NCBI GenBank assembly: GCA_964036045.1
Contig: OZ038379.1
Coordinates: 22,754,001 to 22,818,000, forward strand
Direction of reading: 5' to 3'
Source of the DNA: Eutreptiella sp. 'Long Island Sound 2002'
Lineage: Eukaryota; Protista; Euglenida
DNA length: 64,000 nt
The stretch's first letter is position 1. Every line of letters starts with the position of its first letter. The position numbers and the translations under genes are program-made. Below, in pieces: positions 12,080-24,000 of this stretch. The notes beneath the pieces are model-generated. The model ran no database searches and was not told where the DNA came from. It worked only from the letters and a program-made list of their open reading frames with translations.

Positions 12080-15000
12080 CTGAATGCAAGGGTTGGTGGG
12101 GCATCAGAGGGCAAGGCGGTCTGTATACAGCAAAGAAAACTGGAGCAGGGGAGGTGTGGGGTCATGCACGGAGTCTTTTTGACCTGCAGGGTACAGGACG
12201 GTACCTCAGGTGCCCCCTGCCGTGCGCAGACAGCGTGGACACTCCTGACGTGCCAAATACACTCAGGCCGAATGAAACACCGAGTAAGGGCTGCCCCTGC
12301 GGCCATGAAGGAGTAACAATGGCAGCCATCCGCCCCCAAACACCTCCGGCGCATCCATGGCGTCCGTAGGTGTCAGAGTGTGGTATGGGTCCGGGTGTTG
12401 GTCCAGAGTGTTGTTGGTGGTGGTTGGGGGTGTTGCTGGTCAGGCCTCCTCCAGGTGCCGGAGGTGTCTTCAGACCGCCCGGAGACATTCACTGCTTGCC
12501 GCCGATGTCTGGACTACCCTTCAGAGACACCTGCCAGGATGGGCTTGAGGTATTGCCCGGGCACTTGCGCAAGGCCACAGCCACACCTGGAATGTCTTGC
12601 TGTCGGCGGTTGAATTGGTTCGCCCCTTCCAGGGCTGCCGTGGCATTTTGGTCCCATCCACAACCTGGCGGCCGTTCGTCGGAGGAAGCCCCAGCATTTC
12701 GCAAAGGGGGTTGCAGCGATGCGTGCGCAGGAACTGCTGGATGCCACTGTCCCCGCAGTTGCCTTGCCCGAAGCCCTGCGAACGGCAGGATCCAAGGCGA
12801 TAGTAGTCCTGCCAGCGCCCGACAAGCCTGTCCAACCTTCACCCCTTGTGAGCAGCAGGAGAGGGAAAGGGGTCCTTTGACTTGATGGGGCCTGATCGAG
12901 CCCCTCCGCCCAAAAGAGAGGTCAATCAACAACCACCCCCCCCAGGGTCCCCACAGCCGAAAAACACGCCATCTTTATGAAAATGGCTGAAAATTGCACA
13001 AACTGTCACTACGTAGACACCAGCATTGCTACCAAAATCCCGCCGGGGACCCGTCCTGAAAGCGGGGTCATGCGCGACAGCTTGATGCCTGGGCAGATCC
13101 AAAAGGCCCAGCCGGGGCTATTTGTGCTGCCTTTCTTACTGGTGAAATGCTCCCCTTGGAGTAATTCCCCCCTCCACTGTACCTGAGGGACAAAGAAAAT
13201 GGCGGACTTCATGCGAAGCATTTTGCATCAGACCTTACAGGCTTCAAGGCACAGTGCCGGGCATGCGTTTCCTGTGCTGCCCACACTCCCCTTCCTCCCC
13301 ACTGATGCTTCTCAGGGGTCCTTGTCTGTTTTTTTTTCCTGACACCCACTCACACGGTGGGATGGGGGGGGGGGGGGGCTTGCTTGAGCAGTGGGGTTCA
13401 AGGGGTAAGGGGACCGCCCCCCGGCCGCCAGAATGTACCTAATACCCAGCAAATGGAAAAATTGTTGGACAATGACCCATTCAGTGCATGGAAATGTGGC
13501 ATTGTCAACAGGAAACGAAGCAAGATCTTCATTCTCGGCCAATTCAGGGTTCCCTCACCATACCAACACACAACAAATACAAGGAAGCGAGACATTGCAG
13601 ATCACCAGCCATTGCCAACTCTTTGTTTTGTTTGTACAAACACTTCGCTGCATTGCATGAGATTCATGCGGCAGACAAGGTACTGCATGGTCTCGTGCTG
13701 CCATTTCCCGCGCCACAATGACAAACTCGCGTTGCCATTGGTGCGCTCAAAAACAGTGTGGAACCTGCTTTTTGCACATCGTTGGGTGCTATCCTTCAAC
13801 CTAAAACAAAGCAGTGTGTCAGTTACATCTTCACATTTCACATGGGGCAGCGGTTCGGCTGGGAAGCGGAAATACACAGACAACGAGCAGTGGGTCATGG
13901 TAATCTGCAAGACAATGAACATAGAAGACACATGGAACAATAACTAAACACTCTTTCATATGCGCCGCAGGCGCAGAGAAACTTTTTTCCGGACACTGAA
14001 AAAAGTGCCCAGGTTTAACCCAGATTTTCAGCTGAGCGGAGGAAGGAGGGGGGGGAGGGGGCCTCTGGATCAAGAGGGACACGCGAGGACCAAGGGGGGA
14101 AAAGTTTTCAGCCCAGGCCGCACTTGAAAACAAGAGGCTGAAGGAAGCAAGCGGGGAAGACTTTGTGTGGCCACGCGAAAGATTCCGTGCTCAAAAGGTG
14201 AACAAGCACGCACACCTGTGCCAACCAGCATATTGACACCCCCCCCTCCCCTCAGGGCCTTTTTTTAATTTTTATTCTGGCAGGGGGGGGGGGTTCCCCC
14301 CTGGGCCCTCATGCACTCTCCGGGACAGATATGTATGAAGACGCGCGCACAGGCAACGTATCCGCGTATACGTTTACGCGTGTATGTATAGTCTGTCGAC
14401 ACTGTGCATAGTTTGTAGACACTGTGCACATACACGTTTAGCTGGGTATAGTCTGTAGACACTGCGCACCACAAGTAGACGCGGCCTGCTCATTTTAGAC
14501 ACTGTCGGCATGCTGTAGCCGTGAAAAGAGAATATTTGGGAACAGGGCTGAAGGCCCCGTCCCTAAAAACCAGTCTGCTAACGGCGCTTACCCATGCACA
14601 AGGGCATGTATATGCGTATACGTATACGCGTATACTTTTGTTGTTGCTTCCTGAGGCACCTTTTCAGCGACGCATTGGTCACAACAGCACAGCACCTCGC
14701 TCGCCATGAGGATTGGGATGCCCACGGGGGGGGGGGCTATGTGTGCATGTTGGAAATTGTGTGTGGGAGGCTTGGCGGGGGGGAGGGGGGCTGGGGATGC
14801 GTTGGGAGGGGCACACTTGGTCATGTACACTTCGTGCCCCTTCCCTGTCCTGCAAAAGTACAACATCAGGCTCGGACTGCGGGCCAAGCGTATGCACACT
14901 GCACACCCGCCCATCCGGAGTGTGGATCTGAGGATCGGTGTACATGTCGCCCACGCCCTGGATGTCCACGATCATGATGCGGTGTAAGGTGTGCTCCCAT

Positions 15001-18000
15001 GAGAAGTGGCTGAAACACTGTGACAGCGGTACAAATGCACGGCCGTCCGGAATGCGGACCCGCTTGTGCAGCGGTGCACATGATGCAGTCCTACCCCCCA
15101 CACACTTGTCCAAACAACGGTAAAAACACCAAACATTGCGGAAACAACACCGCACGATGGACACGCCTCTGTATGCACGCAGTACAAAGAGCACATGGTG
15201 GGCTCTGGGGCTGGCTGGGGCAGGCGGCCAGGGAGGCCAGAATGCATGAATCATCCAATCATCCACCAGGTCCTTAGTCAAATACAACTCGCCACCAAAA
15301 TCACCTGCAAACCATGCAAAACTGACACGCAGCATAACAAAAAAAAGGGGGGGAAACCGCCACTTTCATGGTTCCAAAATGTTGCGGAAACAATGCCGCG
15401 TGTTGTTTGGACAAGCCGTGGGACATGGGGTGGGGGGGGGGCATGATACAGTGTGTTCAACAAACCTCAGCCCCCCCCCTCCCCGCCGCCGGGCGACATT
15501 CCGTCCACTCCTCCGTTCAGACAAAGGGAGTCTTACAGTAGGGCTCTCTCATGTTCGTTTCGCCCTTTCTGTGTTTGTGCTGATGTGTTGCATTGTTTCC
15601 CAAAAATTCCCTGGGCTGCGTTCGGATTCCTCTGTCCCCTCCCACTGTGCGCTCCGGGGAGCCCCCTCGGCCCACACACCTAATCCCACTCACGTATCCT
15701 CTTACCAGAGGGGCCCCAAAACGTATTCGGCGTGTCAGGGGGCGGGGGTCTCCCCCTTCAGTGAGGGCATCCCGGGAGGACGCCACATGCAAAACGATAA
15801 CCTGCCGCGGCTTTGTGCCTCCGACTGAACCGCTTCCTAAAGCTCTCTGCAGACAGCTTTGTTCCACACCACAGTCTTCCGGAGGTTCCATCCACACAGT
15901 TTGTCTGCGGGGTGGATATGCCCAACCGGACCTGAAAAACGGTGCCTGTACCGGCTTCTCCTTATACCCTCATAGATTCGCCCCCCCCCCCCCTTCCCGA
16001 CAAAAATGGGGGGATTGTCTCTTACACACCCGCAAGAAGGCAGCAAGCGGTGGTGCATTTCTGGTCACACGTCGCCTGTGAGGCCGTGTGTCTCATCTCC
16101 GCACCACCTACACCACCGGTGTGCCCGATGGACATGCGTCGTGTTGTGAGTGTCTCTGGGCTGTGCGTTTCTGAAGGAGTGTGCCAGGAGGACTGTGTGT
16201 TGGGGAGGGGCGGTGGGAGGGGTGTGGTGTTGTGGGTGAGAGAGGAATGCTGTGCCACAGCTCACACTTGCCGCTGGGTTCCTTCAGCCCGTTGTCACCA
16301 AGCACAGCCAAGCGGAACCTCCAAAACCCTCCCTCTTGGTCGGCGTGCGTGCTTCCCCCCGCCGGCAGGGGGTAGGAGGCTGGGGTCCACCATCAAAAAA
16401 ATCTGTGACTTTGCCCAGAAACCGTCCACACCTCAAGACAGCCCCCACCGGCCTCATTTGACGAACAACTGCCACACGACACCCCATCGTCCAGCACTGA
16501 ACACTCGTGTTGAGGACAATTTCGCAAGCGAAATGCCACAATGATGTGCACGGGCAATGCCTCCATTCTTTTCGGCCGGGGGGGGGGGGGGTTGGCACAA
16601 GGCCTCGGTATCAGATTGTTTGCCTTTGGTGGCGCCTATTGGCCTCTCGCCACTGCTCATTCTGACCCTCTGTGGGCCCGAACGTGTTTTGGTTGTGTCA
16701 ATGGAGCCCCTGGATGACTTGTCCTGTTTGACTACTCCAGGGTCGGCTGTCCCGGAGATGGGCTGTTGCCCGTGCCGTTGACCAGCTGCATCCAGGTGCA
16801 CACTCCGAGTCCATGCTGGGTTTGCCGACTTCAGCACTGACTTGTGCGCGCTGGGGTGTGCATCTGCAGGACAATTTTCCTGACAGGGGCTTCTAACAAC
16901 CACAATGATTCTTGGGAGGAGGCTGGGGGCTCTCCTCCTACCGCACCGGGCGTGTCTCTCAGCTTTGACCGGACAGTGGACTCCTTGGCAGCAGGGGAGG
17001 GAGGTGCTCAGCCTCCAGACCATTGAGCACATCGCCCCTGCCCTCACCTGTGGCACTGCCGCTTCCATCCACACCTGCGGGGTATTCCGAGCGTGAGGTT
17101 GAACGAAGCCAAAGTTGTTGTTGTGCTTGACGTAATTCGCGGGGTTGATGTATGGTTCCACAGCCAACACCTGCAAGGGACAGCACCGCTTCTACAGCGT
17201 GCCTACTCACTGGTCCACATGTAGAGGCATGCGTGAGGGACAAGGGTTGGGGTGAGAGTGAGGGTGCAAGTGCGCATGAAGGATGCACAGGTGTCAGGGT
17301 GAGGGACGGGTGAAGATTAGGAAGGGCTGTGCATCATGGGACGTCTCTGACACATGGAGGTACCTCTGCCTACTGCCATTCCGGGCTGATCCTGAGTCCC
17401 GGTATGACAGTGTATGGCTCAAAATAGGCTTAAACCACTTGTTTGAGCACCCCAAGTGGTCAAGGAACAATTTTGAAAAACTCGTCTTTGTGCACTTTTG
17501 GACCCACAGGTGACCCCTGTAACCCAACCCTAGCACGTGCACCGTGCCTGTTGCACCACTCTGTGGCGCCCATGGGGCACTGAAGGGACTTGCAAATGGT
17601 GCCTGACAAAACCCTGATGGGAAAAAGGCATCCCTCACAAATGGTGCCCTGGGGCGTCACCTGCCTGTCCTCCCCAACAACCCTGCCTGTCCCTCCGTGC
17701 CACATGAAGCTGGAAAAGCTGGCAAATTTTGCAGATTTTAATGGGTGCCTGGTGTCATAACTGGGGCCTGAGCATGCAAGTGACCCCGTTGGACATATCC
17801 TGGCAGTCAACCAGTGGCCGGCTGATCTTGTTTAATGATGTTGTCCACCGGAAACTTCAGTGAGCAGGTCGGTCGGTGGGACGTGGCGGTGGCACACTGT
17901 GTTTGTGCCCTTCGAGGTGCCCTCACTCCATGTGAGGGAGGCAGCATCACCTCCTCATTCCCAGAACACAGCAGGGCTGCAGGGGGGGGGGGGGGGATGA

Positions 18001-21000
18001 AGGCTGAGGGGCCTTGCAGGTTGGCACTTCCAGTGGGGCACACGTGGTTGTGCTCGGTGGGGGCGTGCCCCCGGGCTGTGTATGGCTCTATGTCTGTGAG
18101 GGCCTATCAAGGTTCACAGCCGTAGTGGATCAAATTGGCGAGGGACCCCAGCGAGGGTCCGCACGCCGGGCACTGGGATTGGGGGGTGGGGGGTGCGGTC
18201 TTATCCCCTCCCTGCCCCTGGGCCCTCCCCTTTAATCGGATCCTCCTGCGATCTGAAGCTGGGAACTTCGAGTCCTGCCCTTCCGTGCCTGTCGCAGGGC
18301 CTCGGTCCCCCGGTCCCAGCGCTTGGTGGATGACGCTCTCCACCACAAATAAAGTGGGACCCTGGAACTCCCGGGTCGGGGGCTCTGGGCACTTTGCCCG
18401 TGGTGTCGCTCGGGGGGTAGGGGGCTGGACCAAGGCGTCGCTTCCGGCTCTTCGGAAATCTTCCGTAGATCAACCCGAGGGGGTCGGCGGCAGGGGCAGG
18501 CCCGGTGACACACTGTCGCGCCATCCACAACCAGCCCCTGCCGCTGCCCCTTCTGGTGGCACCCCCTCGCTGCCCCTGCCCCTGCCCCTGAAGTGGTGTG
18601 CACCTTCAAATGCTTCGGGAGGTTAGAATCCTTGCGCTTGATCACCCAAGCCTCGAGGAAAGTCACGGGCTTCGGTGGCTTGAATGAGTTGAAAGCCCGG
18701 CTGACGGCCCGGCACGCTTCCTGCATTTCGATGTCGATGTAATACTGGTCGTTCCCTGCAAATGTGAATGTGCATAGAAGACCCCTTTCCAAGGGAACTG
18801 CAGTGCACTGCACTGGCCGGAGTGGGAGGGGGGGGGAAGGTGCTCCATGAAGGCGGGTTGGGTGCAACCGATGGCCAGTGCTCTGCCTTGTGTGCGACCT
18901 GCTTGTTGCCCAAGGTCCTGTGTGTCTGTTGGAAGTGAGCAAGGGAAAGCGCAGGTTTGTGGATCAGAGAGGAAGGGGAGAAGGGGGAGGCAGGAGACAG
19001 TGGAGACCTAGTGGCCTTTCCTTGCTGACAGACCTAAAAGACCCACCCATTGGAATAGCGCCAAAACGGTGCCAGGGTTCACCTGAGGCAAGGACCACAT
19101 TATCCTGTGTCAGTGAAAACTCCACAAGGGATACCAGCTCATCCATAGACACGACGTGGAAGGCACCCTTTTTGGCAGGGCCGGCACGGTCCAACGATCG
19201 ATTCTCTTTGTGCACACTCCAGCCTAGCATGGTTGCGCGCCATCAGCGACACGCCTTTAACCGACATGCCTTTAACCAAGCAGCGGCTCCTTTCATATGC
19301 TGTATGACAAGGGAAGGAGGGACATGATTAAATCGGTCCTTACAGTTAGCTTCCCCAATGCATTCTGGGGACCATAATCCTAGCTGTTTCACCTGTGCAC
19401 CCATGTCTGCGAGATTAAAAACTAAGAAGGCTGCAGGGAGTTCCGCAACCAGTGTACAAACAAAGCAAGTTTAAGCGCATGCAGCGACCCGGAGACGACA
19501 TGCAATGACAGGGGCAGAGGGTCCGCCCCCCCCCTATTGTCCTGAAATTTCGGGGGGCACTTTTTGGGCCAGCCAAGAAATGCATCCGCCCAAGAGCCAC
19601 CAGCTGCCATGCAGTGTTGCACAAGAGGGGTGATTTCGAGCCCTTGTCGAAAATCTGTAAAGGCAAAAAGGCAGTATGAAGCCCAACAAAAGGACAAGAA
19701 AAAGACGGGGAACAGTGGCATATGGGGAGTACAATCAGCCACACCAACTACACAGTGCAAAATTGCGCCGAAGGGGCGGAGGAGAATTTGGTCCAAGCAG
19801 TTGAGAGGGGGGAAGGGGGGGGGGGATTGAGGGGGACTGGCGGGGTGGTCTGGGACCCCCCGGCCCGACCCCCACTGGTGCGGAGTGGTTAAGTGGAACT
19901 CTGGGCGTGGGGAGTCCCCCAGCAGCGGCACCTTACCACACTGCTTGCCATGTTAAAGGCAGCAGCAAAGACAGCGGCAGAGAATAGTCATGTCCTCTAC
20001 CCAACCCTGGCCATTCGAGGCAGACCTTCATATCGCGCAGCCTTGATGTGCTTAACAGCACACGCCCTTTTTCCAGGCGGGCGGCTCAGATCAATCATGC
20101 GGTAGGCCACACGGAGGCTCCCTTCTGCAATGGGTCGCTGCCAATCGATAAGTACGGAAATCTACAGGAGACAGTGCGGGGTGGCACCCTTATGACGTGC
20201 TGCGGGGAGCGGGGAGCGAGGGCGCTGGGGGGGGGGGGGGGTCCATGCCCATTGTTTGAGGGCATATGGGGCATGGGGTGCGTGCAGTGCATAACTGTTG
20301 TAAGACATGGCGTCTTGGAAAATCTAAGGCACATGTAAGACGCATGTAAGACAGATGTAAGACAGATGTAAGACGGATGTAAGACGGATGTAACACGCAT
20401 GTAAGACACACCGTCTTAGAAAATGTATGGTGCTCTATCTTAGATTCTCTTAGGCGCCCCGTCTTAGATCATCTAAGATGGGGCGTCTTAGATTATCTAA
20501 CACAGCACTTCTAGTACTTGGAATACGTATTGCAGTGTGTATTGGATGGGAGAACGAAAAATATGAAAAGGAGAGATATGTAGGACGTGTTGGTCATACA
20601 GATCTAATCCAGGTGTGCGGCACGTCACATTGTCCTTTGTTCTTTGCATTTTGTGTGCAGGCCCCTTCATCTACTTGGGGCAATCCTGGTGCAAACAGAG
20701 ACAAAACTAATCCCATTTATCTCCTTTGGGGCAATTCCAAAGCAAACAAGGACAAAAGGAGCCCCTTTATTTGCCTGGTGCATAGGGCACAGAACGTATG
20801 GAGCTGAAAGTGAAGCAAGGTTCAGATTGGGTTGTGGTGGGACACAAAAACAAGTATTGTCCAAATGTGTGGGGGTATTTTTGAAATGTGTGGGGAAGTG
20901 CACGCATTTTGGGTAGAAACACATGAGGTTTCTTCAAAACATCTGTGCCCTCGGTGTGGTACAGTGCTGCTTTTCCTGCAAAAATGGTCCTGACCTCTCA

Positions 21001-24000
21001 ACATTTTGAACCTCTAGGGTGGGGGGGGGGGGGGTCAGGGTCTGAGCCTGTGGCTGCCCCCGGGGGTAGATTCGTCTTTGTTTGCGCCAGGCTAGTTTTA
21101 GCTCTGTTTAAGATTGCCCCAGCGTAGATAGAGGGGCTACTTTTGTCTCTCTTTGCACCTGGATTGCCCCAATGCATATAACATTTGACCATATGTTTGA
21201 GAACTTCTGGTTTTGGTTGAGAGTTTGGCCATATTCAGCTGCCGCAATTAGACTGTTGGCAGGGGAAGAAATTGCGACACAGTGGTCACCCACAGGGGGC
21301 GTTGAGACTCAAATCCTGACCCCAACCCCCCCCCAGACTTTTTGGGGCCCGTGGGGGCTGCGGGGGGGGGGGGGGGTTGGGGGCACCCAGAGTGGGGGGA
21401 GGGGGGTCCCGGGTACCCCAACTACATACCTCAAAATGGTTCCCTTATCGCGCTACTCATTTTGAACACACATATGTGGGGTCTTTGAAAAACTTCTATT
21501 GCCTTCGGCAAATCCACCTCGCAGAGAATCTACCCCAAGCAACACACACCCAAGATAGGGTAAAAACTACATATATATGGGGGTAAAAAATGCCTTGGAT
21601 ACCTTGGATAGTCATTTTAGGTGATCGCGGTATCAAAAAAATAAGTTTCGGAAACTTCAACTTTGAGCTGCCCGGGGTGAAAAACTACATAAGCAAGTTG
21701 TGTACCAATCCCCTGGGAGCCCCCCCCCCCCCCCCCGCTGCGCGCCCAATACCCAAATAGGGTGAAAAACACATAAATACGGCCTAAAAACATGCTTTAC
21801 ATACCTTGGATGGTCATTTTACGTTCGAAATGTAAAACAAATAAGTTTTTTTGAAAAACTCCATTGCCTTCGGCAAGTCCACCTTGCAGAGAATCTACCC
21901 CAACCAACACACACCCAAAATAGGGTAAAAACTACATAAATACAGCCTAAAACATGCTTTACATGTCTTGGATGGTCATTTAAGGTGATCACAATATCAA
22001 AAAAATGAGTTTCAAAAACTTCGATTTTTTGAGCTCCCCAGGGTAAAACACTGCATAACCAAGTTGTGTACCAATCCCTTGGGAGACCCCCCTGACCACA
22101 CCCAATTCCAAATAGGGTGAAAAACACATAAAAACTGCCTAAAACATGCTTTACATACCTTGGATGGTCATTTTAGTTGATCACGGTATCAAAAAAAAAT
22201 AAGGTTTGAAAACTTCGATTTTTGAGCTGCCCGGTTTGAAAAACTGCATAAGCAGGTTGTATACCAATCCCTTACCTTCTCCCTGTTTGTGGGCTGGGCT
22301 AACCCTTTTCAAGAGTGTTGGGTTGTGGTTTAACGATGTGGGAATTTCTGATTTTCAGGCCGGCTACATGCTGTGGGTGCCTGGAGATTGACACACTGGT
22401 GTGGCAAGTGGGAAAAAGTGGCAGTCAAGGCCGAGTGAGGTCAATTTCTGGCGGTGTTGGTGCCATGCTGCTCTCTTGTGTGTGTGCAAATGTTTGCAAA
22501 AACAATCAGGGACCAGAGCAGGCAAAAAAAAACCCAAATTGTCAACCGTAACGCCCAATTTTCGAAAAAATACGCTTCCGGATCCCCCCCTAAACCATAC
22601 ATCTGCAAAAGACCCTTTTCAAGGGCTTTCTGAATAACCGCCCCGCTTCTACGGGACACTCAGTGGAGACAAATGTGGCAACAATGGTTCCGACCCTCAA
22701 AAATGCTCCTTGTTGGCACAAACAGGACCGTCCCCAAGAGACATATGGAGTGCTGTGCATGGCACGTTGTGTATGGCACGCTGTGTATGCTATGTATAGA
22801 ACCATGCACTATTACAGTGCCACTGAGAATCACCACTGAGCTGCTGTGGCAGTATTGATATGCATTGCTACCTTGCACCTGCGCTCCCAACATACCTCTT
22901 TGGACTCCCACACTTTCTTCTCCCAGTCGTACCAGTGTTTTGTGACATTTTCTGCCGGTACATTCAACTCAAAAGCATCCACCGCCCCTTGAGAAGGCTG
23001 AGACTTGGGCTGCGCCTGATTGACGTTCCCATGCATCAGCATCATTTGCTCTTGCGACAACTTGCCTTGATCCACCATCTGCTGCAGCCTGCGACAAGGA
23101 GACGAGAAGAAACAGCATCGGGCATGGGCATTGGTTCTTACAGAGGCCTGCTGTAGCATGGCACACCCATACTCTGCACGATGCGGGGCGCCAGAAGGTC
23201 ATCCGCAGTATTCCCAGACATGTTTCGTCTTTCTACTCTGGCACTCTGGCATCCCAGTGTTCTCAGCACTTCTGCTCCCATTAATGACCAGCAATGCCCC
23301 CATCGCTGTGTGGACAAGCTGCGCTCTATGCGTGTCCCTCGAGCCCACAGAGAACCAACGCAATGCCGCGGCCAAAATCTGCTTCAAGACGCACGAATGA
23401 CCGATGCGGTGGGAATTTGCAAAGATCTCTGTCGTGCTGACCCTCGTTCTTGACCATGCGCCTGCGGTCTGCTGTGTTGATGCCGAGGCGGTGGGATTTT
23501 TCATTGTACAACCCAGAAAACAGGATCGCAGTGAATGCTCCTCCAATCGAATCAGTTCCAGAGATCCCTGGCGGACGGCTCTGTTAAACAGGTGGAGTCG
23601 GAGCGCCGTCGGCACTGCTTGCATGCTGTGGGGGAGGGTGGCACTGACCACACATCAGGCGCACATTGCACGCACACTGCAGTACAGGCCACCCTCCTGG
23701 GCCACCCCCTCAAATCAGCCTCGGTGTTCGGTCAGCAACAGGAGCTGTTTCCTTTACCATGCAGACCGCCTTGCAAGCCATAAGGGCAGAGCCAAATAGA
23801 CCGGTCAATACATCCTGCGTGGTTGCGTGTGCTGGAAGGGACCCCCCAAATGTCGGCAGCTGATCCTGATCGATGCCGATCATGGGCTGCCCGCTGTGCA
23901 TCGGGTGGGCACTGGTCTTTGTATGTTGTTCGAACGCGGGCGTGTGGCTTTGTAGAGGCCAATGCATCCGGATGGACCGTTTGTGTGCGGGGCGTTTGGG

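Noticed and set aside
18790-18898. Euglenid nonconventional intron (gcactggcc / ggccagtgc stem)
   Set aside because: Canonical GT-AG boundaries already give a correct in-frame join
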